Shown here piece by piece: positions 19,199 to 29,827 of a DNA stretch of 64,000 bases. A model generated the notes under the pieces. It had not been told where the DNA came from, did not search any database, and saw only the letters and a program-made list of their open reading frames with translations. Position numbers and translations under genes: made by a program. Location of the stretch: the sequence record LC667451.1, one strand, 5' to 3'. Each line of letters begins with the position of its first letter. Position 1 is the first letter of the stretch.

Positions 19199-19776
19199 CT
19201 GTGCTGCTCCCGTAAGATCTTCAAACGGCAGTACGCCACAGCTAACGCGTCCACCGAGTGTTCATCCAGCAATGCAATAGGCGTTGGTCCGTTGTAGTTC
19301 AAATCAGGTAGCGCCATCAATGCTGCTTTGACTTCATCTTTCTTCGCATGGGAACTGGCCCCAACAGACTTCTTCACAGTCGGTGGATCAATCATGAAGA
19401 GGTCAAGCCAGCAGTCATAACGCCATAGGGCACTCCGGATCGCATCGACAGTTTCTGTCAATGCGCCGTATGCCTGAGGTCGAAATTGACTGTAAAACGG
19501 AGATTCAGAAGCCACCAAATTGGGCTGGTAATAGCGGAACACCTGAACCAGGTTATCCTCGTGGGCTCGAATCCGTGCCGCCCGTGCCCCATGGACGCCA
19601 CCGAACCATCCTTCACTGTCCGCCAGTTTCGAACCGACGAAGGTAAACGCAGTGGACTCGACAATCTGCAAAGTCACCACGTCTACCTTCAAAGCTCCGA
19701 AACCCAAGGTCTCGGAGCCCGGATCGATACCAGCGATGCATCCCACAGGGGATGCACCTTCCGGTATTACTAACAT
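19195..19776 (-). CDS. ruvC: RuvC-like Holliday junction resolvase
   Basis: GIDPGSETLG, VASE, PPTVKKSVG..HAKKDEV, HSVDALAVA: the RuvC acidic tetrad layout. Confidence 0.88.
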   Translation of the reverse strand: MLVIPEGASPVGCIAGIDPGSETLGFGALKVDVVTLQIVESTAFTFVGSKLADSEGWFGGVHGARAARIRAHEDNLVQVFRYYQPNLVASESPFYSQFRPQAYGALTETVDAIRSALWRYDCWLDLFMIDPPTVKKSVGASSHAKKDEVKAALMALPDLNYNGPTPIALLDEHSVDALAVAYCRLKILREQHR

Positions 19777-19778
19777 GC

Positions 19779-20660
19779 TTAGCTGCCCGTCGTCATGCCT
19801 GTGGTCGCACCTGAACCAGCGGCGAGTTTGTAGAGCGGCTCGACCGCGCCGCAGTCGACGATGTTGTCCACCCCGTCCTGGCTGAAGTTCAGCGCGTAGA
19901 ACGTGTTGATGAACGAATCGACTTGTGCGGCGATCACTTCGTTGAAGTTAAACGTCGTCGAGCCGGACCCGCCAGCTGCGATCACCTTGTCACACCCGGA
20001 CACCAGTGCGATTTCGGAAACGATAGCAGCGTTCGGATCACCATAGATGATATTCGCGACGTTCAAAATCTCCGCGACGTCTTCTGCGGTCAACGTAATG
20101 GGCACCGGCGCGGAGGCCATTACGTAGTCGCCCGTCACCACGTTCACACCCGTCGTCGACAGCGTTTGCGGCGTCGGGTTCAGGTTGGCCGTGGTTGGCA
20201 CAAACGGCGTGGTGGTCACTGAGCCGTCCGAGGCCACCGTCTTGTACTGCATCGAAGCAGCCACGTTGGTGAAGTCGATCCGTTTCAGGTAGTACGCGAT
20301 GTAGTTGATACCGTTGTGCACTTCGGCCACTCGCAGACCGTACTGCGCGCGCTGGGTCGCCGTCAGGTCGTTGGCGGGTTCACGCAGCACGAACGGCAGA
20401 TGGTTGAACAGCGCCGCATCCGTCGTCATGTGCTGAATCGGTTCCGGAATGTACAAACCATTCGTCACCGACAGCTTGTGGCCGCCGTTACCGATGGCGA
20501 AATACCGGCAATTGGGGAGTACGCCTGCGTTGGGTGGAACCCCTGCTTGCACGCCAAATTTCTCATTCAACGTGCTATTGGCAGCCAGGGCAAACGGCAA
20601 GCCCAGAAGCTGGCACGATTGCAGATAACTGCCGTAGACTGTGCGGACAATATTATCCAT
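19779..20660 (-). CDS. phiKZ-like virion (baseplate) protein
   Basis: TLNEKF..., YFAIGNGGH, HLPFVLRE motifs; co-oriented with the large structural gene next to the portal. Confidence 0.6.
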   Translation of the reverse strand: MDNIVRTVYGSYLQSCQLLGLPFALAANSTLNEKFGVQAGVPPNAGVLPNCRYFAIGNGGHKLSVTNGLYIPEPIQHMTTDAALFNHLPFVLREPANDLTATQRAQYGLRVAEVHNGINYIAYYLKRIDFTNVAASMQYKTVASDGSVTTTPFVPTTANLNPTPQTLSTTGVNVVTGDYVMASAPVPITLTAEDVAEILNVANIIYGDPNAAIVSEIALVSGCDKVIAAGGSGSTTFNFNEVIAAQVDSFINTFYALNFSQDGVDNIVDCGAVEPLYKLAAGSGATTGMTTGS

Positions 20661-20707
20661 TTAAGAGCTCTTCCGAAGGAAATCGTTTTTAATCACACTA
20701 TTGGCGA

Positions 20708-23011
20708 TTACGAGTTGGGCACGTACACGAGGCCAGTAAGCTGCGTGAACATGAGGACTGTCGACAATTCAACCGATCCCGGCACGTTAGGTTGGAAGTC
20801 ACTTCCCCAGATGTCGGTGATCTGCTGCTGTTCCGCAGGCGGCAACCCCAACCAGGTACACAACCCTGGTACCGGAATCGCACCCAGTGGATTGGGTAGA
20901 TCGCACGTACAGTCTTCCAGTCGGAATCGCACCCGTCCGGCATTAAAGAAACTATGCTGGAGGTTACTACTCGTTTCATGGAAGAGTTTGCGCAACCGCC
21001 ACTTGGTGTGCGAATGCAGCGAGACGTGTTGATCGTGCAGCGGCGTGTACTTCGTGACCTTGTTGTCCTCACTGTTCTTAAAGTGAGGATGCTGATCCAG
21101 TGCGCGAATGCCCAGGTTGGTAGCTTCGTCGTGATTCGACTGATGGGCATTCTGGTTATCTCCGACCCGGATCGCTGCCCAGTCACTCGGAACAATCGTC
21201 GAATCGTTGATCTCCTGCATGAACTGGATGGAGTAGCTTGAAAGCTGCTGCATCATCCCGATCATGGCTTTCTGGATGTTCGCGACACTCGGCGTGGTGA
21301 TGAGATCCTGCCCCGTTGCTTTCGCAACGATCTCATTGTACAACTCACCCCATTGTGTCTCGGTCCACGCTGCAACGTCCAGGTTGCGTGAAGCAAACCA
21401 GTTCGTGTAGTTATCCCCGGCGTCGGCCACCGCACACAGGTTGTCGCTCCACAGCAGATTCGTGGCATTCTTCACGTAGCCACGCGTCTCCATGTGTTCT
21501 TGCAGCGACACCATGCCGTCTTGCTCATTGGCTGCCGTGTAGATGTCTGCGCACAGATTGTAAAACGCTTCGGTCGAGAGAAACGTTGACGGCGGCTGAA
21601 TCACCGGCATCAGGTCGTGAATCTCCTGAAGCGTTTCGATGTCGACCTTCGTCATGTCACACAGCGCCGACATGTCCTGCACACTCGGCACCGGCAGTCT
21701 CGGCACCCGTTTGGCATACATCAACGGAATCTGGTCCAGCGTGATTCCGATCGAGGCGTTCAGTGCATACCACGCCAGCGCAAACGCGTCTTTCACGAAC
21801 ATCGGCACAGTCTCGCCAGTGGCCGGATTCGTGAACTGGATAGCAGCGTCGTAGTAGCCCAAACTACTCAACCACAGCCAGTTATTGATGAGCGTTTCAT
21901 CCAGCGGATAGCGTACGCTGCCCGTGTAATCGACCATGGACGATTCGAGCGCCTTGGTCGACAACTTGTTGTACAGCGAGTTCTCCATCTTCTCCTGAAT
22001 CTCAGGTTCGAACTCGCTTTGGAACGTTTCATTGTCTCGAGCCAGCGGCCACTCTTTCTGCAACATCTGATCCAGCGTGATCTGGTTGATGTTGTCGGTG
22101 TTGTAGCCGAGGTTGACCGGATCACGGGTGAACGTAATGGTCGGATAACTCTGCGCAGGCAGCTGTGACACGTCGTGCTTCATCGTGTACTTAGCCAGCG
22201 GCAGGTTCCGCTCGGTCATGATATGGTCCACGAGCCAATCGAAGATCTCCGACTGCCCGGCGTTACGCTCCAGGTAGTTGATGTTCCGATATAGCTCAAG
22301 ACTTTGCTTGGTCGTCAGCTGATCCAGGTAGACGTCCAGCAGGCCATGACTGAGCAGGTACTGACGCACGTGAAAGCTGTGCGCTTCATTCGTCTTACAG
22401 GCTTCCAGGCGCAGGCTCAGGATCACCTGGGGCAACATGGCGTACATGATCCCCATGGTGAAGGGCACGTACATGTTGTCCGAGACCGTGTAGGCACGGT
22501 TCACCCAGCGCTGCTTGAACCCGTTCACCCAGCGTTGCAGCTTGTCGATAAAGCTGTACTCGTTGAACTCCACGAGTGTGCTCGGATACGTCAGAATCTG
22601 ACCATCGGCCGCAGCAATCGCAGCGTTGATGTCGACCGGATTCAAGATCCCGTTAATCAACGTTACCTGCAATGGATACTGCGCCACCAGCGCCAGATAG
22701 TCACGCTCACCGAACTGATACGCCTTAGCGGTCGCCCGGTGCAGCTTCAGATTTGCAACGGTAAACTCGATGGTTTCCAGTGTGTCCATCGAGACGACAT
22801 ACATCGGTGTATCGGCAGCATGATACTGGCCCGCTAAATTCATATAGTAGCGCCAGCTTGTCGGGTCGGTGGAATCCACCGGAATCCCTAGGCTGGTACT
22901 GACATAATTGTTGATCGCATCGGCCGTGTCCGACGACTTGATAACAATGTAGCGGGCCAGATCGAGCACGCTGTTCGTATAAACCGCGTACTGATTCGAA
23001 GTCGTGGCCAT
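20708..23011 (-). CDS. phiKZ-like large virion (baseplate wedge-type) protein
   Basis: 767 aa; SWRYYMNLAGQYH and LEACKTNEAHSFH motifs; divergent from the portal candidate, as in phiKZ/SPN3US-type layouts as I recall them. Confidence 0.6.
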   Translation of the reverse strand: MATTSNQYAVYTNSVLDLARYIVIKSSDTADAINNYVSTSLGIPVDSTDPTSWRYYMNLAGQYHAADTPMYVVSMDTLETIEFTVANLKLHRATAKAYQFGERDYLALVAQYPLQVTLINGILNPVDINAAIAAADGQILTYPSTLVEFNEYSFIDKLQRWVNGFKQRWVNRAYTVSDNMYVPFTMGIMYAMLPQVILSLRLEACKTNEAHSFHVRQYLLSHGLLDVYLDQLTTKQSLELYRNINYLERNAGQSEIFDWLVDHIMTERNLPLAKYTMKHDVSQLPAQSYPTITFTRDPVNLGYNTDNINQITLDQMLQKEWPLARDNETFQSEFEPEIQEKMENSLYNKLSTKALESSMVDYTGSVRYPLDETLINNWLWLSSLGYYDAAIQFTNPATGETVPMFVKDAFALAWYALNASIGITLDQIPLMYAKRVPRLPVPSVQDMSALCDMTKVDIETLQEIHDLMPVIQPPSTFLSTEAFYNLCADIYTAANEQDGMVSLQEHMETRGYVKNATNLLWSDNLCAVADAGDNYTNWFASRNLDVAAWTETQWGELYNEIVAKATGQDLITTPSVANIQKAMIGMMQQLSSYSIQFMQEINDSTIVPSDWAAIRVGDNQNAHQSNHDEATNLGIRALDQHPHFKNSEDNKVTKYTPLHDQHVSLHSHTKWRLRKLFHETSSNLQHSFFNAGRVRFRLEDCTCDLPNPLGAIPVPGLCTWLGLPPAEQQQITDIWGSDFQPNVPGSVELSTVLMFTQLTGLVYVPNS

Positions 23012-23077
23012 GCGGCACCCCTATTTATTACACATGCCCTCGCTGTTTCAAAGGGCTCTCCATTCGTTGAGGTTCAA

Positions 23078-25930
23078 ATGTCCAAAGCGCTGAAGGAAGC
23101 CATCGCGCTTGCTGGCAGTGGTAAACGCTATTCGGCAATGTCCCTGGTCCGCTCGGACCCCGGCATGGCCGCCACTGTCAGTAAGTTGGTGCATGGCAAG
23201 ACGCCTCCCCGATACGACAGCACCGGGAACATGACGACGGACAATCCGTCGATCCAGGCGTTGAAGAACGTTTCGGACAATACGGTTCAGAACATCTCCG
23301 ATGCTCAGACCGTCATGCAGACGCTTCCGGAGCTCGAACTGGCCGCACAGATTCTCGTTTCTTCGGTGCTTTCACCGAAGGACATGATGACTGTGGAGCT
23401 AGTCTATAAAGCCCCGGAGAACTTGGTCACACCGGAAGTGAACACGGCAATGACCAATCGTGTTCGCGTCCATTTTGAACAGAACTATAAAATAAAGCAG
23501 GTCTTGCCTCGGCTGCTGCGTGACGTTCTGTTCGAGACGGGAAGCTATCCGGTTGCGGTGATTCCCGAGAACGCGATTGACGATGTGATCAATGGTCAGC
23601 GCAAGGTGACGATGGAGTCACTGGCCGATCACTTCGATCGCGAAGGCAAGATCAAGCCGCTTGGTTTGCTCGGTCCGGTGATCAAGAACAAGCCTCGTGA
23701 AGAACGTAAGGGCTCGTCGATTTCGTTCGAATCGATGCAAGATTATCGGTTCGATACTGCGTACGATACCCAGATGGGTCTGCAACTGGCCTTCGAAGGT
23801 CAGGGTCAGGAAACCTTCACGACGGTGACGGACAACTACTCGTTGCTCAAGATCCCGCAGGTCAACCAGAAGATTCGTGAACAACGGATCATGGACTTGA
23901 TGGGTTCACGCGGCATGCGTGCAATGGAAGCCTACGGGGCGGATAGCGCCGGAACGACCATGACGCACGAGGTGGGTGGCGGGACGATTCGCAAGGAGAA
24001 GATCAACGATCGGGAACTCTCGAACCTGATCTATCGGGATCGTAACTATCAGTACAAGCCTATCACGACGCTCAAGACGCAAGAGCAGTTGAATCGTCGT
24101 GCCGTGGGTAGTCCGTTGATCATGCACCTGCCGTCGGAAGCGGTGATTCCGGTGTTCGTACCAGGTAACATCGAGCAACACGTGGGCTTCTTCATCCTGA
24201 TCGATGAGGACGGTCACCCGATCCAGCGGATTGCAGACGTCGATTACTACCAGCAGTTGAACGCTCGGATGAACTCCGGTGGTTCGTTCCCTTCGGCGAT
24301 GTTGCAGAAGGTCAAGGCGAACATGCAGGGGTTCGACAACACCAACAACGCGCACCTGGATTACTCGGCACGCGTCTATGGTGAAATGATCGAGCAGGAT
24401 CTGTTGGCCCGTCTGCGTAATGGCGTCTATGGCAACGGCGTGGCCCTGGCCAAGCGTGAAGAAGTGTATCGCATCATGTTTGCGCGCGCCCTGGCCAAGC
24501 AGCACACGCAGCTGCTCTTCATGCCGATCGAATTCATGACGTACTTCGCGCTGCGCTATAACGGCGACGGCATGGGTAAGTCGATGCTCGACGACCTGAA
24601 GATCATCAACTCGCTGCGCTCGATGCTCTTGTTCGCCAACGTGATGGCGGCGGTCAAGAACTCGATGGGTCGCACGGAAGTCAAGATCAAGATGGACGAG
24701 CACGATCCTGACCCGCAGAAGACCTTTGAGCGCGTGGTGCACGAAATTCTGCGTAGCCGTCAACAAGCGTTCCCGGTGGGGACCAACTCGCCGATGGACA
24801 TCGTGGACTGGGTGCAGCGCGCGGGCTTTGAGTTCGTGCCGGAAGGCCATCCGGGCTTGCCGGACATGACGGTGGAGTTTGGTGAGAAGAACACCAACTA
24901 CGCGAAGGTCGACAACGAGTTGGATGACGATCTGCGCAAGCGCTCGATCATGGGCCTGGGCCTCACGCCCCAGTCTGTGGACGCCGCGTTTGAAGCCGAG
25001 TTCGCCACTTCGGTCCTGACGAACAACATCCTGCTCTCCAAGCGGGTGATGAACATTCAGGACGTGATCGAGCCGCAGCTGGCTGACCACATTCGCAAGG
25101 TGATGATGAATGACGAAGAGCTCATCCGAGATCTGCGTGCCATTCTCGAAGCCAATGCGGACAAGGTGATCGAACGCCTGAAGGCCCGCGACGAAGCCCA
25201 CAAGGACGACCCGACGTACAAGACCAACCTCGGCAGCCAGCCGAAGCAACTGGTAATCCAGCAACTGCTGTACGATTTCGTGATGGGCATGGAAGTCACA
25301 TTGCCCAAGCCGAATTCGGTCACGCTGGAGAACCAAGTTGCCGCCCTCGACACGTACACCAAGACGGTCGATGCGGCGTTGGATGCGTACATCTCGTCGA
25401 ACTGGTTCACGGCTGACGTGGGTGGCGATGCGAGCAACTACATCAGTACCATCAAGGAAGTGGCGAAGGCTCACTTTATCCGGAAGTGGCTGGGTGAGAA
25501 CGGTGTCATGCCGGAACTCGCTGAGCTCACGACGCTGGATGACGATGGCCGTCCGTTGCTCAACCTCTGGGATTCGTTCCAGGATCACATTGGTAACGTC
25601 ACGAAGGTGTTGGACCACTTCATGAACGGGATCAAGCCGATCAAGGATGCATCGAACCTGAACGAGAAGAAGCGTCAGGAGAGCGATACGTCGACTGGTG
25701 GTGCTGGGGGTGGTATGGGTATGGGTGGTGATGCCGGAGCCGCTGGCGGTGGTCTGGGCGGCGGTGGCGACGACTTTGGGATGGGAGACTTTGGGGGTGG
25801 TGGATTCGGTGACTTTGGTGACACCGGAGGGGGTGGCGAAGCCGGTGGCGCAAGCCCTGGTGACGAGTCACCGCTGAACCCCGAGGATGACGATCCCGAA
25901 AACATGGGTGCAGCTGCTTCACCGGTCTAA
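23078..25930 (+). CDS. Portal protein (phiKZ gp129 / SPN3US gp81 type)
   Basis: 950 aa; ELAAQILVSSVLSPKDM motif; synteny with the MCP-RNAP block; Gly/Asp-rich C-terminal tail. Confidence 0.65.
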   Translation: MSKALKEAIALAGSGKRYSAMSLVRSDPGMAATVSKLVHGKTPPRYDSTGNMTTDNPSIQALKNVSDNTVQNISDAQTVMQTLPELELAAQILVSSVLSPKDMMTVELVYKAPENLVTPEVNTAMTNRVRVHFEQNYKIKQVLPRLLRDVLFETGSYPVAVIPENAIDDVINGQRKVTMESLADHFDREGKIKPLGLLGPVIKNKPREERKGSSISFESMQDYRFDTAYDTQMGLQLAFEGQGQETFTTVTDNYSLLKIPQVNQKIREQRIMDLMGSRGMRAMEAYGADSAGTTMTHEVGGGTIRKEKINDRELSNLIYRDRNYQYKPITTLKTQEQLNRRAVGSPLIMHLPSEAVIPVFVPGNIEQHVGFFILIDEDGHPIQRIADVDYYQQLNARMNSGGSFPSAMLQKVKANMQGFDNTNNAHLDYSARVYGEMIEQDLLARLRNGVYGNGVALAKREEVYRIMFARALAKQHTQLLFMPIEFMTYFALRYNGDGMGKSMLDDLKIINSLRSMLLFANVMAAVKNSMGRTEVKIKMDEHDPDPQKTFERVVHEILRSRQQAFPVGTNSPMDIVDWVQRAGFEFVPEGHPGLPDMTVEFGEKNTNYAKVDNELDDDLRKRSIMGLGLTPQSVDAAFEAEFATSVLTNNILLSKRVMNIQDVIEPQLADHIRKVMMNDEELIRDLRAILEANADKVIERLKARDEAHKDDPTYKTNLGSQPKQLVIQQLLYDFVMGMEVTLPKPNSVTLENQVAALDTYTKTVDAALDAYISSNWFTADVGGDASNYISTIKEVAKAHFIRKWLGENGVMPELAELTTLDDDGRPLLNLWDSFQDHIGNVTKVLDHFMNGIKPIKDASNLNEKKRQESDTSTGGAGGGMGMGGDAGAAGGGLGGGGDDFGMGDFGGGGFGDFGDTGGGGEAGGASPGDESPLNPEDDDPENMGAAASPV

Positions 25931-25937
25931 ATAGACC

Positions 25938-25992
25938 AAAAAAAAAAGACGGTCATAAGGCGAGGACCCTAGGGTCCTCGCTCTATGCCGTC
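25938..25992. terminator. Bidirectional terminator with perfect 20-bp palindrome
   Basis: A10, then GACGG-T-CATA-AGG-CGAGGACCCT|AGGGTCCTCG-CTC-TATG-CCGTC; between convergent genes. Confidence 0.85.
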
Positions 25993-26027
25993 AAAGTACT
26001 ACAGCCATGGTAACTCTTGCAGGAAGA

Positions 26028-27896
26028 TTACTCTTCCGATTGCGGCGGCCAGAAGGGGGTGCCGTTCGCGTTGCCGTCGAACACCTTGCCCAGATTCGCT
26101 GCGGCGGTGCTTACTGCCTTGGAGATCTGCGAAGCCGAGCCACCCTCCGACGGATTCAAACGCGACTTGCCCGACGCATTCGGATCATTTGGATAGGCAG
26201 CTACATCTTCCGGCGTCGTGGCCTTGATGACTGGGTCCGTGGGATGGTCAGGGCGTTCCATGAATCCTGCGTCGTCGATCTGATAGATCGCCGAACGCAT
26301 GCCCCGTGGCGTCGGTGCGAAGACATTCAACACTTCGTCATTGGCCCCGCGCACAATCCGTGAGTCCGGATTCTGGGCTGCCTCGAAGAAGCGATCAACG
26401 AGCTTCTGCAACTCCACCATCTCCTCCTGTGTCCTCCAGCGAATGCCGCATTTCCTGTCGAAGATCAAGTCCGCCGGAAGGTCCGAATAATCCAGCGCCA
26501 TATGCTCGCCCAAGGACTTGGTCTTGATGTATGGCTGAGCACGCAAGAGCATCTGGTCGCGCGTTTCACCCGTCAACGGATGGATCTGCTGCTGGTAGAT
26601 CAGAGGTGACAGATCACCGTTGTGGTCGCCGTTGTCTTCACCGAGCATCGACGCATAGACGTTTGTAGGCATTTCGAATGCCTTATGGCCATCGGTGAGG
26701 CTACGAACAACGTAACCGCGCGCAGCATCCCTGATACGCGCGTGGGCTGCACGATCAAACAACGGTGTCGACGCAGTTTGATGTGCGGTGTCAGCTGTTC
26801 GATTCAGGTGCTGCATCGACGATACATGAGCGCCCGAAATACTGGCGTTCTTGATCTTGATCAAGACGAAGATGAGCGGATCATAGTCCTGACACGCCTT
26901 CTTCATCACGTGGTGATCTTCCGGCGTCACGCTTTCGCCGTCGATACGCGCCATCGTCACCAGCGCCCAGCACTGAGAGACGTTCTCGGGTTCGTGCTTA
27001 GCCCGTATTTCGTCGTACCAATCACCGTCCTTCTCGCGATTGATCGGCAGCAGATGAATCCGGTGTTCCTTCCAGAGCTCCTCGTAACCGCGGTTGAGCA
27101 TCAGGTGTTGGAACAACAGACTCGGGTCCAGCGAGCCTAACAGGCCTGCTACTGGGCTGGTTTGCTGGAACACGATTGGCGCCTGCAGGCGGCTCGGCGG
27201 TGCTACGTACTTCATCTGATCCGCCACGCGCTGCTTGCGGGCCGCGCGACCTTCGACAACGCCTTCATTGACCGACTCGTAACCCATGGCGAATCGAGCA
27301 GTCTCGACCTGCTCGACCGTCGGTTTGGTGAACAGGAAACTGCGACCCAGGCGCTCCTTCACGAGTTCGTTCAGACGCACGAGCACGGTGTACTCTTCCG
27401 GATAAATCGACACCATGTCGAGCAGTCGGGCTTCGACTTGTTCCGGCAGATGGCGAACCAGTTTGTACAGATCATGCGTTCCCGTGGGAATAAACTGGCT
27501 GCGTACTCGGTTGCGCATCTCGAAACCGATTTGCGAGGACGGCAACGAGAAACTTACGGCGTCTGACCGTGTGTCGTGATCGAGCTCAGGTAGAGCATCC
27601 CAGACCGGCATGTCATTCGGACGCAGCGCCGTATCCATGATGAACGGACGCGATACATGGCGCTCGACGAACACGATCTTCTCGAAGCAACTCGGGGCTT
27701 CCTCGTTCAGCTTCTTCAGGCGGTCGATTGCGTCCTGCCCGTGCAGATAAAGAGCGCTGGGTTGATCTGTGAGCGTGATCACACCTTCGATCCCATTCAT
27801 CTTGAGGAATTCCGCAAAGGCATTCATCAAGGTGGTCTTGCCCATGTTACCATGCCCGTCAATTGTGACGCGCAGTCCTGGATTCTTTTTGTCCAT
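26028..27896 (-). CDS. Hypothetical protein with N-terminal P-loop-like module
   Basis: ATG 27896 has an AAGGAG RBS (the track's 28178 start overlaps the upstream gene); RVTIDGHGNMGKTT is Walker-A-like. Confidence 0.7.
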   Translation of the reverse strand: MDKKNPGLRVTIDGHGNMGKTTLMNAFAEFLKMNGIEGVITLTDQPSALYLHGQDAIDRLKKLNEEAPSCFEKIVFVERHVSRPFIMDTALRPNDMPVWDALPELDHDTRSDAVSFSLPSSQIGFEMRNRVRSQFIPTGTHDLYKLVRHLPEQVEARLLDMVSIYPEEYTVLVRLNELVKERLGRSFLFTKPTVEQVETARFAMGYESVNEGVVEGRAARKQRVADQMKYVAPPSRLQAPIVFQQTSPVAGLLGSLDPSLLFQHLMLNRGYEELWKEHRIHLLPINREKDGDWYDEIRAKHEPENVSQCWALVTMARIDGESVTPEDHHVMKKACQDYDPLIFVLIKIKNASISGAHVSSMQHLNRTADTAHQTASTPLFDRAAHARIRDAARGYVVRSLTDGHKAFEMPTNVYASMLGEDNGDHNGDLSPLIYQQQIHPLTGETRDQMLLRAQPYIKTKSLGEHMALDYSDLPADLIFDRKCGIRWRTQEEMVELQKLVDRFFEAAQNPDSRIVRGANDEVLNVFAPTPRGMRSAIYQIDDAGFMERPDHPTDPVIKATTPEDVAAYPNDPNASGKSRLNPSEGGSASQISKAVSTAAANLGKVFDGNANGTPFWPPQSEE

Positions 27897-27942
27897 CACT
27901 TGCTCCTTGTAACGCGGGTGGAGTAATCCACCCGCACCTGCG

Positions 27943-28431
27943 TTAGAACTTATCGATCTTCGTGATGGCCAGCCCGTTGGTATCGAAAAACTCCTGGGCT
28001 TGTTCCACGAACTTGTCGACCAGCGGCTGGATGCGAGGCTGTGCTGCTTGCCAGGCCTTCTCACGCAACTGCTCGAAGGTGTCGCCTTCCTCGCCGATCC
28101 CTTGCAGCAGAATCGCTGGTTTGCCCGCCAGCTTGTCGATATTGCTGAAGTCCACCTCGGGCGTCTCATTGTTGACACGACTGAGGATCGTCACCGGGGT
28201 TTCCGCAATACCGGGATTGAGGTTATGCATCGCCTGCAAGATGCTTTCCTCTTGCTCCTGAACCGTCGACACAGTCCACGAACGGGCTTCCGGCTCATCG
28301 ACTAGCACGTGGGCATGCATCACGCGCTCAAAGCCGTAGTTACTGCGCAGGCCTTCCGCAATGGCCTTGCCAACGAGATTCGCTTTATGCGGATCGGTTG
28401 ACTCCACCAGAATGTTGACGGGTGCTTCCAT
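27943..28431 (-). CDS. Accessory protein, paralog family member
   Basis: GGAGG RBS; shares the GF..V and SIL.AM...NP motifs with its neighbours. Confidence 0.75.
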   Translation of the reverse strand: MEAPVNILVESTDPHKANLVGKAIAEGLRSNYGFERVMHAHVLVDEPEARSWTVSTVQEQEESILQAMHNLNPGIAETPVTILSRVNNETPEVDFSNIDKLAGKPAILLQGIGEEGDTFEQLREKAWQAAQPRIQPLVDKFVEQAQEFFDTNGLAITKIDKF

Positions 28432-28452
28432 ACTTCCTCCTCTCAGACTGCC

Positions 28453-28830
28453 TTAATCGTCCGCCACGATCGCAGCAATGTGGGCCGACTCTTCCGGTGG
28501 CAGATCGTCTTCATCTTCCTCCGGTTCCGCCAGGCAACAGCTGACCACTTCGATGCGCTGTTGCCAAATGCTCGGTGTTGCATCGGCGATCGCTTCGAGC
28601 ATGGTCTTACCCTGCTCCCAGTCGGTCTGATCTTCGAGCTTTTCGTTGACGTTAGTGTTGTCGTTGTGCTTGACCGTGATATTGCCAAAGCCGACGTCCT
28701 GCACCGCCTGACCGATCACACGACCCAGCGCCCTGGCCACCTCGTTGTTGTCCGACTCCACGATGATGGTAGCCAACGGTTCGTTTTCACCTGCCAGATC
28801 CCGCAACAATGCTTCGCCTTCCAAACTCAT
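28453..28830 (-). CDS. Accessory protein, paralog family member
   Basis: ATG 28830 has an AAGGAG RBS; GFGNI and TMLEAI...TP motifs. Confidence 0.75.
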   Translation of the reverse strand: MSLEGEALLRDLAGENEPLATIIVESDNNEVARALGRVIGQAVQDVGFGNITVKHNDNTNVNEKLEDQTDWEQGKTMLEAIADATPSIWQQRIEVVSCCLAEPEEDEDDLPPEESAHIAAIVADD

Positions 28831-28860
28831 GTCCTTCTCCTTGTTTCTGTTGTAAAGAGG

Positions 28861-28886
28861 CATAGCCGCCCTGCCGAAGCAGGGCG
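28861..28886 (-). terminator. Hairpin + TATGCC element
   Basis: On the minus strand CGCCCTGC-TTCG-GCAGGGCG followed by GCTATGCC. Confidence 0.6.
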
Positions 28887-28905
28887 AGCAGACGGCGAGC
28901 GCCGC

Positions 28906-29253
28906 TTAGAAACGCGTGATAGCGTCGACGTCTTCCGTGGCGTCTTCGAGCAGATCGTTGATGAAATCCGCGTGAGCGCCTTCACCGTTCAGTGCGAGCA
29001 CGGTGACCGGCGCCGAGAACAGCGTCGGGTTCAGTGCTTTCATCGAGCCGAGCAGCGATTCTGCGTTTTCGGGCGTGACATCGACACGGCTGGGATCGTC
29101 GCTCTTGTCGACGATGACCGAGACGTTTTCGAAGCCCGCGTCTTTGAGGCCTTTGGCGACGGCCACCGACAGAGCCTGACGTTGCGAGAGGTTGTCAGCG
29201 GCGATGATGACGCCAGCCGATTGGTTCGGGTTGTTTTCGAGTGCTTCGCTCAT
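28906..29253 (-). CDS. Accessory protein, paralog family member
   Basis: GFENV and SLLGSMKALNP motifs; AAGGA RBS. Confidence 0.75.
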   Translation of the reverse strand: MSEALENNPNQSAGVIIAADNLSQRQALSVAVAKGLKDAGFENVSVIVDKSDDPSRVDVTPENAESLLGSMKALNPTLFSAPVTVLALNGEGAHADFINDLLEDATEDVDAITRF

Positions 29254-29282
29254 GGTTCCTTCCTACTACGTGGGTTATTGAT

Positions 29283-29756
29283 CTAAACTGCTTCCTGCTC
29301 TTCATTGCCCACGAACGTACCAGCTGCCTTCTCCTCACTGATCAGTTCGATGGTAGCAGGGCTAACTTCGCCCTGCCGCGCAATGTCGAGCACGGCGGCT
29401 TTCCAACCCGGCGAGTACTCCGGGCGGTCGTCCGCGGGTTCCACCATATCCGGTCGATCCTTCATCAGCGACACGTGGACGATCTTCTCGCCATCGATGA
29501 TGTCGCTGAACGGCATCGCCAGAATACTGACCGGCCGTGCAAATACAGCCGGATTGGCTTCCTTCATTGCGTCGAGCAACGACGGCATCACTTCCGCGTC
29601 GATGGTGTTGCTCGTTTGATCGTCACGGGTCGCAAGACCCACATCGACGTTCGTGAAACCCACTTCCGTCAGACGGTTGGAGATCAAGCTCGCAACCAGT
29701 TGCCGGGTCTCCGCGCCTTGGGCTTCGACGGTGATGTTGATGTCTTCGGGAGTCAT
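29283..29756 (-). CDS. Accessory protein, paralog family member
   Basis: GFTNV and SLLDAMKEANP motifs; GAGG RBS. Confidence 0.75.
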   Translation of the reverse strand: MTPEDINITVEAQGAETRQLVASLISNRLTEVGFTNVDVGLATRDDQTSNTIDAEVMPSLLDAMKEANPAVFARPVSILAMPFSDIIDGEKIVHVSLMKDRPDMVEPADDRPEYSPGWKAAVLDIARQGEVSPATIELISEEKAAGTFVGNEEQEAV

Positions 29757-29827
29757 CTTTCCTCGCTGGGTTCATAAGACGGAGAGCGCCGGAGCACTCT
29801 CCATCTGATGGTTCGGGGTCGTAAGTT

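Noticed and set aside
27897-28178. 5' extension of ORF 26028-28178, and similar extensions at 18369, 28863, 40379, 48390, 61480, 62049 and 62355
   Set aside because: They overlap upstream genes or terminators, and downstream starts have clear Shine-Dalgarno sequences.
28822-29253. SLE/ALE near the N-termini of small paralogs as a sign of virion packaging
   Set aside because: The motif is short and common, there is no acidic propeptide, other family members lack it, and the genes lie in an accessory block.
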